Made by a program: the position numbers and the translations under genes
Notes under the pieces: generated by a model
Seen by the model: the letters and a program-made list of their open reading frames with translations, nothing else
The model's database searches: none
Told to the model about the DNA's origin: nothing
Shown: in pieces, positions 9,376-17,897 of the stretch
How positions within the stretch are numbered: position 1 is the stretch's first letter
How the letters are laid out: every line of letters starts with the position of its first letter
Assembly: GCA_041492755.1 (NCBI GenBank)
Contig: JBGPXN010000061.1
Span: 1-25,957, forward strand
From: Candidatus Methylomirabilia bacterium
GTDB lineage: Bacteria > Methylomirabilota > Methylomirabilia > Rokubacteriales > CSP1-6
Direction: 5' to 3'
Length of the DNA: 25,957 nt

Positions 9376-10232
9376 CGCTGGCCGAGCAGGCCCTGGGGGC
9401 GGGCGATGATTCCGAGCGTCATCAGCGCGAACACCGAGGCGTCGGCCCCGGGCGCCCAGATGACCGTCATCAGCGACTGCACGACGCCCACGAGGAGACC
9501 GGCCAGGATCGCGCCCGGCAAGCTGCCGAGCCCGCCCAGGACGACCACGACGAAGGCGAAGGGCAGGATGTCGAGCCCCATCGTCGAGAGGAGGCCGCGC
9601 ACCGGGACCATGAGCGCCCCCCCGAGGCCCGCGAGCCCCGCGCCCGCCGCGAAGGTCAGGGTGAACACCAGCCTGATGTTGATGCCGAGCGCCGCCGCCG
9701 TGTCCTTGTCCTCGATGCCGGCGCGGATGATGGCGCCGTAGCGCGTGCGCGTGACGAAGAGGTAGCAGGCGAGCACGAGGGCGGCGGTGAACAGCATCAC
9801 CGCGAGACGGTACTTCGGATAGACGGTGACGCCGAGATCGACGCCGCCCGCGAGGAGCGCGGGCGGCTGGAAGGTGATCCCCACCGGGCCCCACACGAGA
9901 ATGATGGTCTCGGTCAGGATCAGCGAGAGGCCGAAGGTGAGGAGCAAGGTGTAATCGGGATGAACGCGAGAGAGGCGCCGCACGCCGAGGTATTCGATGG
10001 CCGCCCCGACCACGGCGATGGCGGCGACCGCGGCCAGCACGCCGCCGAGAAACCCGAACGCCTTCGCCCCGGAGAACATGACGTAGGCGCCGAGCGCGTA
10101 GAGCACGCCGTGCGCGAAGTTGGGGATGTTGAGCAAGCCGAGGATCAGCGACAGCCCGACGCCCATCAACGCGTACAGCATCCCGGTCACCAGCCCGTTG
10201 AGGATGGCGCCGGCGAACAGCGAGACGTTCAT
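9372..10232 (-). CDS. livH: branched-chain amino acid-type ABC permease
   Basis: NGLVTGMLYALMGVGLSLI, NFAHG, TRYGAIIRA, FVVVVLGGLGSLPGA. Confidence 0.92.
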   Translation of the reverse strand: MNVSLFAGAILNGLVTGMLYALMGVGLSLILGLLNIPNFAHGVLYALGAYVMFSGAKAFGFLGGVLAAVAAIAVVGAAIEYLGVRRLSRVHPDYTLLLTFGLSLILTETIILVWGPVGITFQPPALLAGGVDLGVTVYPKYRLAVMLFTAALVLACYLFVTRTRYGAIIRAGIEDKDTAAALGINIRLVFTLTFAAGAGLAGLGGALMVPVRGLLSTMGLDILPFAFVVVVLGGLGSLPGAILAGLLVGVVQSLMTVIWAPGADASVFALMTLGIIARPQGLLGQR

Positions 10233-10334
10233 GTGGGGGGCCCCGACATGGCCCCCCACACCCCCCCAACGCTCGGCAGCGCCCCGGGTTCCCCGGGGCG
10301 CTCCTCGATTTCGGTGGTCGAGGCCCCCACGTCG
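10232..10334. repeat. REP-like intergenic multi-hairpin element
   Basis: perfect 11-bp stem TGTGGGGGGCC(10232-42)/GGCCCCCCACA(10250-60); perfect 11-bp stem AGCGCCCCGGG(10278-88)/CCCGGGGCGCT(10292-302); third stem CCTCGA/TCGAGG; related GACGTGGGGG(G)CC at ~13998. Confidence 0.7.
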
Positions 10335-10338
10335 CTAT

Positions 10339-11562
10339 CTACACTACCCCGATGTCCTTGCACTCGTTGATGCTGTCGGGCATCCGCGGCTCGCTGCTCA
10401 CGGCCACGATGTCGGCGAAGTCGAACTGGTGCTTCATCTGATCGGGCTTCTTGCAGCGCAGCAGGAAGTAGTCGCGCACGGTCTGGTGGGTCTTGCCGTT
10501 CACCCACACCTTGCCCGGCCAGTCCTGGGTCTCCCAGTTCTCGAGCGCCCGCACGATGTCCGCGGGCTCCGCGCTCTTCGCCTTCTCGATGGCGCGCAGG
10601 GTGAGGCGCGTCATGCCGTAGGCGGCGCACGGCGCGTAGCCGGGCGGCGTATTGTACTTGGCCTGGTACAGCTCGGTCATCTTCTTGGCCACCGGCGTGT
10701 CGGCGCCGTAGTAGGCGTTGGTACCCACCCAGAAATTCTCGCGGGTCTTGGGATCGAGCTGCAGGAAGTCTTCGGTGCCGACGCCCCAGCTGTTGACGAT
10801 GGCGACCCTGGGCGCGAGCCCGAAGTTGTGGGCCTCGCGGATCGACACGAGGACGTCCTGCCCGGCGTTGAGCAGGCACAGCACGTCGGGCTTGGCCGCG
10901 GCGGCCTTGCTCACGAAGCCGGAGTACTCCCGCGTGCCGAGCGGCATGCGATCGGAGCCCACGAAGTCGATTCCGTGACGCGCGCCCGCCTCGCGCGTGT
11001 ATTTCTCCACCGACCACCCGAAGGCGTAGTCGTTCACGAACAGGTACCACTTCTTGTGCGTGGGATTGAGCTTCATGTAGTTGTCGACGACCACGTGCAT
11101 GGCCGTATAGGGCGAGGCCGCCCAGTTGAACGCGTAGCGGTGGCAGCGTTTGCCCGCGATGTCTTCGGTGCCACCCGAGAAATAGTAGAAGACCTTGCGG
11201 CGCTTGGCGACCTCGGTGCAGGCCAGGGCCACGCCGCTCGACCAGGGCCCGATGACGACCTTCACACCCTCGGAGTCGATCGCCTCCTCCATCCGGCGCG
11301 TGGCCGAGCTGGCCTTGGTCTCGTCGTCGCGCGTGATGTACTTGATCGGCCGGCCGATGACCTTGTTGCCCCACTCCTCGATGGCCAATTTCATTCCTCG
11401 ATCGAGCAGCGGGCCCACGTCGGCGAAGGGGCCGGTGAAGGGCCAGATGCCCAGCATCACGATCTCCTTGCCCTGGGCGGTGCCGAGGGCGGGAGCGCCG
11501 AGCAGGCTGGCGCTGGCTGCGACCGTGGTCGTGAGGAATTGTCGTCGGCTGATGGTCTTCAT
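10339..11562 (-). CDS. livK: Liv-family ABC substrate-binding protein with Tat signal
   Basis: ISRRQFL twin-arginine motif; PFTGPFAD, GNKVIGRPIKYITRDD, NDYAFG; GGAGG SD. Confidence 0.9.
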   Translation of the reverse strand: MKTISRRQFLTTTVAASASLLGAPALGTAQGKEIVMLGIWPFTGPFADVGPLLDRGMKLAIEEWGNKVIGRPIKYITRDDETKASSATRRMEEAIDSEGVKVVIGPWSSGVALACTEVAKRRKVFYYFSGGTEDIAGKRCHRYAFNWAASPYTAMHVVVDNYMKLNPTHKKWYLFVNDYAFGWSVEKYTREAGARHGIDFVGSDRMPLGTREYSGFVSKAAAAKPDVLCLLNAGQDVLVSIREAHNFGLAPRVAIVNSWGVGTEDFLQLDPKTRENFWVGTNAYYGADTPVAKKMTELYQAKYNTPPGYAPCAAYGMTRLTLRAIEKAKSAEPADIVRALENWETQDWPGKVWVNGKTHQTVRDYFLLRCKKPDQMKHQFDFADIVAVSSEPRMPDSINECKDIGVV

Positions 11563-11635
11563 CGGCTGGGTCCTCCGCTCGATCCTGGTCACGACGGCGT
11601 TCGACGTACACCGACCCAATATGCAGCTTGGCGGG

Positions 11636-11664
11636 AGTTTACGGTCACTGAGCGATGAGGTCAA
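11636..11664 (-). promoter_or_regulatory. putative sigma70 promoter of liv-type operon
   Basis: TTGACC-17nt-TAAACT on minus strand, ~75 nt upstream of livK ATG. Confidence 0.6.
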
Positions 11665-11721
11665 AGGGAGGGCCACCCGGCCCGGGTCTGGATCGCAAGG
11701 GCGCGGTCGAAGCCGGGTCGA

Positions 11722-12418
11722 TGGCGGCGTCGGGGAAGATGTCCTTCGCGAAGCGCATGATGTTGTTGAAGTCGCGCGGAGTCCACGTGCGCTCGTAGCC
11801 CGCGAACTCGGCGGTCGACGTGAGACGCAGCCGGTCGCCGAGTCGGGACCAGCCGACGAGCCACTGTTCGTCGACCCCCGGCACGGTGGGCGCGAGACCC
11901 CCGTTCCTGATGGGGAACGTCGACGAGTAGCCCTTCGCCGGGTAGATGGCGAGCCGAAGGCCAAGAGACCGCGCGACGATCGGCGCCTCGACGCCCAGGG
12001 CCAGCACGTAGAGATCGGCGGTCCGTTCACCGCGATCCGTCGCGACCGCGCGCACGCGACCGCCGTCGGCACGGAGGGCGGTGACGAGCGTGCCGGTCTC
12101 GAACGTCGCGCCGAACTTCTCACGACACACCCGGGCGAGATGCTCGACGAAGAGCCGCGAGTCGCCGCTCGCGTCGCCGACGTCGCGGATGGCGCCGGCG
12201 ACCTTCGCCTTGACGGGCTCGAACGCGGGATCGAGCTTCGCGACGCCCGCGCCGTCGAGGATCTCCTGCTTCTGGCCGTGGTCGGCGAGGAGCTTCATCT
12301 TCTGGATGCCGGCCTCGAACTGCGCGGGGTCGCGATGGAGATAGAGCGCCCCGCGCCTGATCGCCTGGTAGTCGATGCGCTCGGCGTGCGCGAGCTCGTC
12401 GAGCAGGCGCTGGCTGTG
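11722..12418 (-). pseudogene. dadA: internal fragment of D-amino acid dehydrogenase (FAD), both termini missing
   Basis: HSQRLLDEL..IDYQAIRRGALYLHRD..SGDSRLF..IYPAKGYS..SRLGDRLRLTSTAEFAG; no N-terminal GxGxxG and no C-terminal LRPMTPDG/NTGHG region. Confidence 0.85.
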
Positions 12419-12764
12419 CGCACGTCCCCGAGCCGCACGGCGCCACGTCGACCTGGCCCGGTCCCCAGACGAGCGCGTTGCGCGAGACGCCGTGGTCCAG
12501 CGGCTCGGGGAGGATCACGTTCTCGATCGGGGTGACGTCGCCCCCGGGCGCCTCGACGCGGAACTGCTCGTTGATGGCGGCCCTCGCGGCCATGCCACGA
12601 CGCGCGATCTCGTCGGCGAGCTCGCGACGGATCGCGAGCCCCATGCTCGCGGCCTCGATGATGGCGAAGACGTTGTCGGCGCCGACCGCGATGTCGAGCG
12701 GTACCTCGCCGAGCCCCTCGATCTTCACAGTCTCCCCCGGGCGCGCAGGCACTCCTCTCGTCAT
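12419..12764 (-). pseudogene. internal fragment of proline racemase / hydroxyproline epimerase family gene
   Basis: GLGEVPLDIAVG, SRNALVWGPGQVDVAPCGSGTCA (DRSPCGTGT-like second Cys motif); N-terminal MCGH half absent; runs out of frame into dadA remnant. Confidence 0.8.
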
Positions 12765-12775
12765 CGGTCGCGCGC

Positions 12776-12804
12776 AGGATAGAGCGCGGGCTCCGACGCG
12801 TCAA
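12776..12804 (-). promoter_or_regulatory. putative sigma70 promoter in front of racemase/dadA remnants
   Basis: TTGACG-17nt-TATCCT, ATG 12764 lies 11 nt downstream. Confidence 0.55.
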
Positions 12805-12857
12805 ACGGACGTGAGCGATACGTTGTGCCGCTCGCGGTGCACGGGCACACTGGCGAC

Positions 12858-13994
12858 ATGGTCACACGTCGCATCCTGCTCCCGGCGCTCGCCGCGCTCG
12901 TGCTGCTGGTGATTCCCGCCCTCGGACAGGAGGCGCCTCGCTCGCCGAATCCGAAGTTCAGTTGGCTGCCCGGGCGTCAGGTGGACGTCGCGCAAGGGCT
13001 CGACCACCCCTGGGCGCTCGCGTTCCTTCCCGACGGCCGCATGCTCGTCACCGAGCGGCCGGGACGGCTGCGCATCGTGGGCCGCAGCGGCGAGCTGTCG
13101 GAGCCGCTCGCTGGCGTCCCGCAAGCCCGCGCCGGCGGCCAGGGCGGCTTGCTCGACGTCGCGCTGAGCCCCACGTTCGCTCAGGACCGGCTCGTCTATC
13201 TCTCGTTCTCCGAGCCGGGCGAAGGCGGCGCCAGCACCGCGGTGGCGCGTGGGCGGCTCGGCAAGCGCGGGCTCGAGGGCACGCAGACGATCTGGCGCCA
13301 GCAACCGAAGGTGGGCACAAGCATTCACTGGGGCTCGCGGCTGGTGTTCCGCCCCGACGGAACGCTCTTCGTCACGCTCGGAGACCGGGGCTCCCGCGAC
13401 CACGTCCAGGATCTCTCCACCACGATCGGCAAGATCGTCCGCATCAACCCCGACGGGACGATCCCGCGCGACAACCCGTTCGTCGGCCGCGACGGCGTCC
13501 GGCCGGAGATCTGGTCGTACGGCCATCGCAACGTGCAGGCGGCCGCGCTCGACGCGCGCGGGCAACTCTGGACAGTGGAGCACGGCGCGCGCGGCGGCGA
13601 CGAGCTGAACAACCCACAGGCGGGCCGTAACTACGGCTGGCCCGTCATCACCTACGGCGTCGACTATTCCGGCGCCAAGATCGGCGTGGGTACCGCGCGG
13701 CCGGGGATGGAGCAGCCGGTCTACTACTGGGATCCCGTCATCGCGCCTTCGGGCGCGACGTTCTACAGCGGCAACACGTTTGCCGACTGGCGTGGCGACC
13801 TGCTCATCGGCTCGCTGACTCCCGGCGGCCTCGTACGCCTGAGGCTCACCGACGGCCGGGTCACCGACGAGACCCATGACGTGATCGATCCCGGCGAGCG
13901 CGTCCGCGACGTCCGCCAAGGCCCCAACGGGATGGTCTACGTCCTCACCGACAGCCCGCGCGGCCGCATCGTGCGCCTCGAGCCGCCGCGATAG
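12858..13994 (+). CDS. PQQ-dependent sugar dehydrogenase (YliI/GSDH family), secreted
   Basis: signal peptide; GLDHPWALAFLPDGRMLVTERPGRL, GQGGLLDVALSP, HWGSRL, EIWSYGHRNVQ, EHGARGGDELN, NYGWP. Confidence 0.95.
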   Translation: MVTRRILLPALAALVLLVIPALGQEAPRSPNPKFSWLPGRQVDVAQGLDHPWALAFLPDGRMLVTERPGRLRIVGRSGELSEPLAGVPQARAGGQGGLLDVALSPTFAQDRLVYLSFSEPGEGGASTAVARGRLGKRGLEGTQTIWRQQPKVGTSIHWGSRLVFRPDGTLFVTLGDRGSRDHVQDLSTTIGKIVRINPDGTIPRDNPFVGRDGVRPEIWSYGHRNVQAAALDARGQLWTVEHGARGGDELNNPQAGRNYGWPVITYGVDYSGAKIGVGTARPGMEQPVYYWDPVIAPSGATFYSGNTFADWRGDLLIGSLTPGGLVRLRLTDGRVTDETHDVIDPGERVRDVRQGPNGMVYVLTDSPRGRIVRLEPPR

Positions 13995-13996
13995 TC

Positions 13997-14010
13997 GACG
14001 TGGGGGGCCC
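13997..14010 (+). repeat. truncated start of REP-like element
   Basis: CGACGTGGGGGGCC right after stop codon; matches 5' arm of the element at 10232 and the reverse complement of 10323-10334. Confidence 0.45.
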
Positions 14011-14130
14011 AAGCGCAAGTACATGAACACGCTCTCGACGTGGGACGAGGTGGACGAGGGCGGCTACGTGATCTACGGCAGCCCGGCCACCGTGCGCAAC
14101 CGCATGAAGGAGTGCATCAAGGAAGCGCGC
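14011..14130 (+). pseudogene. short internal fragment of LLM-class flavin-dependent oxidoreductase
   Basis: KYMNTLSTWDEVDEGGYVIYGSPATVRNRMKECIKEAR (GSPxTVR C-terminal LLM motif); no proper start or end. Confidence 0.6.
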
Positions 14131-14580
14131 TGGTGCTCCGTGAACAGGAAGATGAACACGGTCGTGACCAGGCCGGACACGATGGAGATCCCGAAGACGG
14201 AAGGTGCCGTCGATGAGCGGCCACACGACGCCCCACACAATGCCGGCCAGCAGCCAGCCCACGAACGTGGTGCCGGCGATGACGAGCGGGAGCTGGATCG
14301 CGCGCCGGCGCACCAGCTCGCGAGGGGCGCTGACATCGTCGAACGTGCGCGTCCACCGTGACGACATGCGATAGCCGAGCAGGCTCAGCGCGGCGAACGC
14401 CACGAGCGAATACACGACGAGGCCGGGCGTGATTCCCAGCCGCACCGCCATGTCGTCGATGAAGCGAAAGTACGAGAAGGCAACGAGCGCGCCGATCAGG
14501 TTGCCCGCGACCGATCCGACGGTGAGCGTGCCGCGCGCGCCGCGGCGGGCCCGCGTCCCCGGCGGCGTGAGCGCGCTCAC
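14128..14580 (-). pseudogene. N-terminal membrane part of a probable HAMP-class III adenylate/guanylate cyclase, truncated and frameshifted
   Basis: GTGA coupling to pdxH stop; TM helices GNLIGALVAFSYFRFID...GWLLAGIVWG; frame change near 14199 continues VFGISIVSGLVTTVFIFLFTEHQ; family assignment inferred. Confidence 0.6.
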
Positions 14581-14795
14581 GGCATCAGCCGCGTCGCGCG
14601 CCAGCCGGAGCGGGCGAACCCGTCGCCCGCCGGCGTCAGCGTCCGCGTCCACGCCGCGCGATCGTGGGCGCGCGCCGGCTGCCCGACCCACAGTTCCACG
14701 CGCTCGGCCCAGACGCGATCGCCACCCCAGCGCGCCGGCCGCGGCAGGTCGCCGCCGTCCGACGCCGCCGCGTCGATGCGCGCCAGGAACTCCCG
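14577..14795 (-). pseudogene. pdxH: C-terminal fragment of pyridoxamine 5'-phosphate oxidase
   Basis: LPRPARWGGDRVWAERVELWVGQPARAHDR...WRATRLMP* matches PdxH RPxxWGGYR..EFWQG..RLHDR..W..RLxP. Confidence 0.85.
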
Positions 14796-14885
14796 GGCAC
14801 TATCCGGTGTCCAGGCTGGGGTCGGCCGGCAAGACCTCATCCTGGCCGCCCGGGTCGCGGCCGACGACCCATCAGGCTCTTTCCC

Positions 14886-15077
14886 ATGCAGCTCCGTCCG
14901 GGCGACCGCTTCAGAGACGCGGATGGCGAGTGGGAGATCGTCGCCGGGCCGGAAGGAATGCACGGCGGCAAGACCGAGCGCGTCTGGGTTCAGCGCCCAG
15001 GCGAGCCGGCGACGAAGCGCCAGACGACCTTCCCGGCGTACGAGAAGATCAGCGTGCGGCGCGCGCGGCCCGCTTGA
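14886..15077 (+). CDS. small beta-rich hypothetical protein (SH3/KOW-like pattern)
   Basis: MQLRPGDRFRDADGEWEIVAGP...VWVQRPG; true start may lie upstream or be lost. Confidence 0.6.
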   Translation: MQLRPGDRFRDADGEWEIVAGPEGMHGGKTERVWVQRPGEPATKRQTTFPAYEKISVRRARPA

Positions 15078-15102
15078 CCCTACCCGCCTGACGCCCTACA
15101 AT
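15074..15102 (+). promoter_or_regulatory. putative sigma70 promoter
   Basis: TTGACC-17nt-TACAAT, followed by GGGGAGG SD and GTG 15139. Confidence 0.7.
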
Positions 15103-15138
15103 CGCCAGCGTCTCACCTGCCCGCCGGGGAGGCGTCCT

Positions 15139-15273
15139 GTGAAGGTCAGGGTCGCGCGCATCCTTGCACTCGTCCTCGCAGTCTTGCTGATGACGCCGCT
15201 CGCCGCTGAGGCGCAGCCCGCGGGTAAGGTGCCGCGCGTTGGCCCCTTGCGTCGCGATCGTGCGCCGCGGTAA
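15139..15273 (+). pseudogene. N-terminal stub (signal peptide + first strand) of an ABC substrate-binding protein
   Basis: VARILALVLAVLLMTPLAAEAQPAGKVPRVG, then unrelated sequence and stop at 15273. Confidence 0.7.
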
Positions 15274-15434
15274 TCGTGACGGCCGGAATCTTCGCCGGCG
15301 CTCTGGATAGCAAGGGTGCGCCAGGGGGCCCTACGTTAGATGTAGGAAAGGATTTTCCATCTTGACCTCCCGCATGGAAAGTCCGAATAGCTACTGTGGT
15401 CGAGAGACACTCGACCGCACACAGGATGGGGACG

Positions 15435-16574
15435 ATGCTGCACGAATTCCTTAGCCAGCACCGCGCAGAGTTGATCTCTCGCTGCAGAGATAAGGTCGGC
15501 AAACGACCCGGGCCATCGCCGACGGAGAGGGAATTGCAGTACGGGATTCCACTATTTTTAGATCAACTCATTAGGATGTTGCGCTTGGAACAAGCTTCCG
15601 ACCAGTCCGAAGCTGGCACGGTTTCATTCGTCATGTCGGAGATCAACAAGGCTCGAAGCGATTCCAACATCAGCATGGCCGCTTCCCAGCACGGCAATGA
15701 ATTGCTGCTCAAGGGGTTCACCGTGGATCAGGTTGTCCACGACTATGGGGATCTCTGCCAAGCCGTTACCGAGATGGCCGTCGAGCAGAACGCGGCGGTT
15801 GCGGCGGATGAGTTTCTCACTCTCAACAAATGCCTTGACAACGCCATAGCCGACGCCGTCATCGAGTTCGGGCGCCAACGCGATCAGTTCATCTCCGACG
15901 ACAGCAGTCAGGCCATGAATCTGCGCCTTGGGTTTCTCGCGCACGAGTTACGCAACTTGATCGGCACAGCGATCCTCTCGGTCGCAGCTATCAAAAAAGG
16001 CGACTTGGGATTGGCCGGAAAGACTGGCGCCGTGCTCGATCGCAGCCTGATAGGCCTGCGGGACCTCGTTAACCGCACGCTCGTCGAAGTGCGTCTGATG
16101 GCTGGGATCCCGGAGCGCCGCGCACGAGTCTCGGTTGCCGACTTCATAGATGAGGTCCAGGTCGCCGCCACGATAGACGCGACGGACCGGGGTCTCGAAT
16201 TCTTCGTCGCTCCCGTTGAGGACGGGCTGACCGTGGTTGCTGATCGACAGATTCTAGCTGCGGCGGCGACAAACCTCCTGCAGAACGCGCTCAAGTTCAC
16301 CCGACCTCACGGTCGCGTCTCTCTAAAAGCTTACTCGGCGATGGATCGCGTCCTGATCGAGGTCGAGGACGAATGCGGCGGTCTCCCGCCGGGAAAGGCC
16401 GAAGAGATATTTGAACCGTTCAAGAAGCTGGGCACCGATCAAACGGGGTTAGGTCTTGGGCTCGCCATTAGCCGTCGCGCCATCGAAGCGAACGGCGGCA
16501 AGCTCTACATACGCAACCTCCCCGGCTCGGGGTGCGTGTTCACCGTCGATCTTCCCAGGCCGGCCCCGCCGTAG
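15435..16574 (+). CDS. cytoplasmic sensor histidine kinase (RsbRD_N-like N-terminus, HisKA, HATPase_c)
   Basis: HGNELLLKGFTVDQVVHDYGDLCQAVTE; H-box LAHELRN; N-box NLLQNALKFT; VEDECGG; GLGLGLAIS; visibly lower GC than flanks. Confidence 0.92.
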   Translation: MLHEFLSQHRAELISRCRDKVGKRPGPSPTERELQYGIPLFLDQLIRMLRLEQASDQSEAGTVSFVMSEINKARSDSNISMAASQHGNELLLKGFTVDQVVHDYGDLCQAVTEMAVEQNAAVAADEFLTLNKCLDNAIADAVIEFGRQRDQFISDDSSQAMNLRLGFLAHELRNLIGTAILSVAAIKKGDLGLAGKTGAVLDRSLIGLRDLVNRTLVEVRLMAGIPERRARVSVADFIDEVQVAATIDATDRGLEFFVAPVEDGLTVVADRQILAAAATNLLQNALKFTRPHGRVSLKAYSAMDRVLIEVEDECGGLPPGKAEEIFEPFKKLGTDQTGLGLGLAISRRAIEANGGKLYIRNLPGSGCVFTVDLPRPAPP

Positions 16575-16608
16575 ACGCTACCACGCGGCTTCCGCAGGCG
16601 GGCTGGAC

Positions 16609-16638
16609 CGATTCTCACTCCTGACGTCCGGAGAATCG
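16609..16638. terminator. hairpin between convergent genes, possible terminator
   Basis: CGATTCTC(16609-16)/GAGAATCG(16631-38) 8-bp stem; no U-tract. Confidence 0.3.
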
Positions 16639-16773
16639 CGGAGTTCGCGAGTGTACCAGCGCCGCCCGCGCCGGTCGAGGCGGCTGTATGTCGCGGTGAT
16701 CATGCCGTGCCGCGACGCGGGGGTGCGTGGGAGTGAGTCGCAGCCGTGGCCTTGCTGCACCCTTCAACCGGCG

Positions 16774-17370
16774 TTACGACCGCGCAAATGCAATGAGCGG
16801 CGCCGGATCGTGGCCATCGGCCGCCCTGAGGGCAGCGATATAGCGCGTCCTCGTTTCGCCTGTGAGTAGGGTGGCTGGGCCCCAAGTGAAGCGCTCGCCC
16901 CCTAAGCTCATGACGATGAGATCCGCCATCATGCGAGAGATGCGCCCGTTGCCATTTGGAAATGGATGCATAGACACCAGGCGATGATGAAAACGGACGG
17001 CGATCTCATCACGAGGATAACTGTGATGCTCCACCCAATAGCGCGCATCGGCGATGAGTTGCCGCATTGCGAGTCTGATCTGCGCTGGTTCGATCCCGAT
17101 GTTCCGCTCGGTTGTCCGATAGGTTCCCGCCCACCGCCACACCTCGCCGAACATTCGACGGTGAAGGCGTTCGATGAAGCGTTCGTCCAGAAGATTACGC
17201 CGCCGCCGACTGAATACCCACACGGCCGCAGCGAGGACGCCGGCCTGCTCGAGCTCGTTCAATTCGCTGCGCAACGTGACATGTCCCGGAATGAGACCAT
17301 CACGCTCCCCGGCGGTGAGTGGAGTCGCGCCGTCGTCGGGTTCTTCTAACGGATCGACCGGCGTTTCCAC
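16774..17370 (-). CDS. mobile mystery protein B (Fic domain)
   Basis: DGATPL..GLIP..ELNELEQ, LHRRMFGEVWRWAGTYR, HPFPNGNGRISR, LIAFARS end. Confidence 0.92.
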   Translation of the reverse strand: METPVDPLEEPDDGATPLTAGERDGLIPGHVTLRSELNELEQAGVLAAAVWVFSRRRRNLLDERFIERLHRRMFGEVWRWAGTYRTTERNIGIEPAQIRLAMRQLIADARYWVEHHSYPRDEIAVRFHHRLVSMHPFPNGNGRISRMMADLIVMSLGGERFTWGPATLLTGETRTRYIAALRAADGHDPAPLIAFARS

Positions 17371-17819
17371 AACGAGCGGGGAGAGTGCTTGAGGAGTTCT
17401 TCGGCGACTTCATGGAGTTGTCGCTGCGCTGCGTCCTCAGGGACACCTTGGTTCTCGAGCCGCATGCTCTTATCCACGGCCGATAGATGCTCGGCCGCCA
17501 CTTCGAGTGCTCGTTCGCGCACGGTCTCTTCCAAAGGCTTCTTCGGGATAAGGGCGTAGACGAGCGCACAACCCAGCGCCTCGGCCGCACGATTCAGCGT
17601 GTCGATATTCAGTGTGCCCGCCACCTCGCTCTGTTCGATCGCGAGCACTCGGGCTTTCGACAGTCGCATCCTCGCGGCCAGGTCAACAGCGCTCATTCCG
17701 AGAGCATGGCGGATAGCGCGAATCCAGCCGTCCGGCGGCATGGCAAACGCCGGCACCCGCGGCAGTTGACCGAACCGAGAATCAAGGTGTCTGCGGACCG
17801 TCGACTGCCTAGGAAGCAT
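17346..17819 (-). CDS. mobile mystery protein A (XRE-type HTH)
   Basis: PPDGWIRAIRHALGMS..LAARM, IEQSE, TLNRAAEALGCALVYALIP, SMRLENQ; paired with MMB. Confidence 0.92.
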   Translation of the reverse strand: MLPRQSTVRRHLDSRFGQLPRVPAFAMPPDGWIRAIRHALGMSAVDLAARMRLSKARVLAIEQSEVAGTLNIDTLNRAAEALGCALVYALIPKKPLEETVRERALEVAAEHLSAVDKSMRLENQGVPEDAAQRQLHEVAEELLKHSPRSLWKRRSIR

Positions 17820-17851
17820 ATGACAATAGTACCGTTGTCTTGTCTGAGTCG

Positions 17852-17875
17852 TTAGGAAATAAATCTATTGCCTAA
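17852..17875. promoter_or_regulatory. imperfect 24-bp palindrome, candidate operator upstream of mobile mystery A
   Basis: TTAGGAAATAAATCTATTGCCTAA matches its reverse complement at 20/24 positions, in a strongly AT-rich stretch. Confidence 0.6.
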
Positions 17876-17897
17876 TAACATAATAAAAACATAGCCA

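Noticed and set aside
1712..12535. Numerous long Arg/Pro/Ala/Gly-rich alternative-frame and antisense ORFs
   Set aside because: Typical high-GC shadow ORFs overlapping well-supported genes; no motifs
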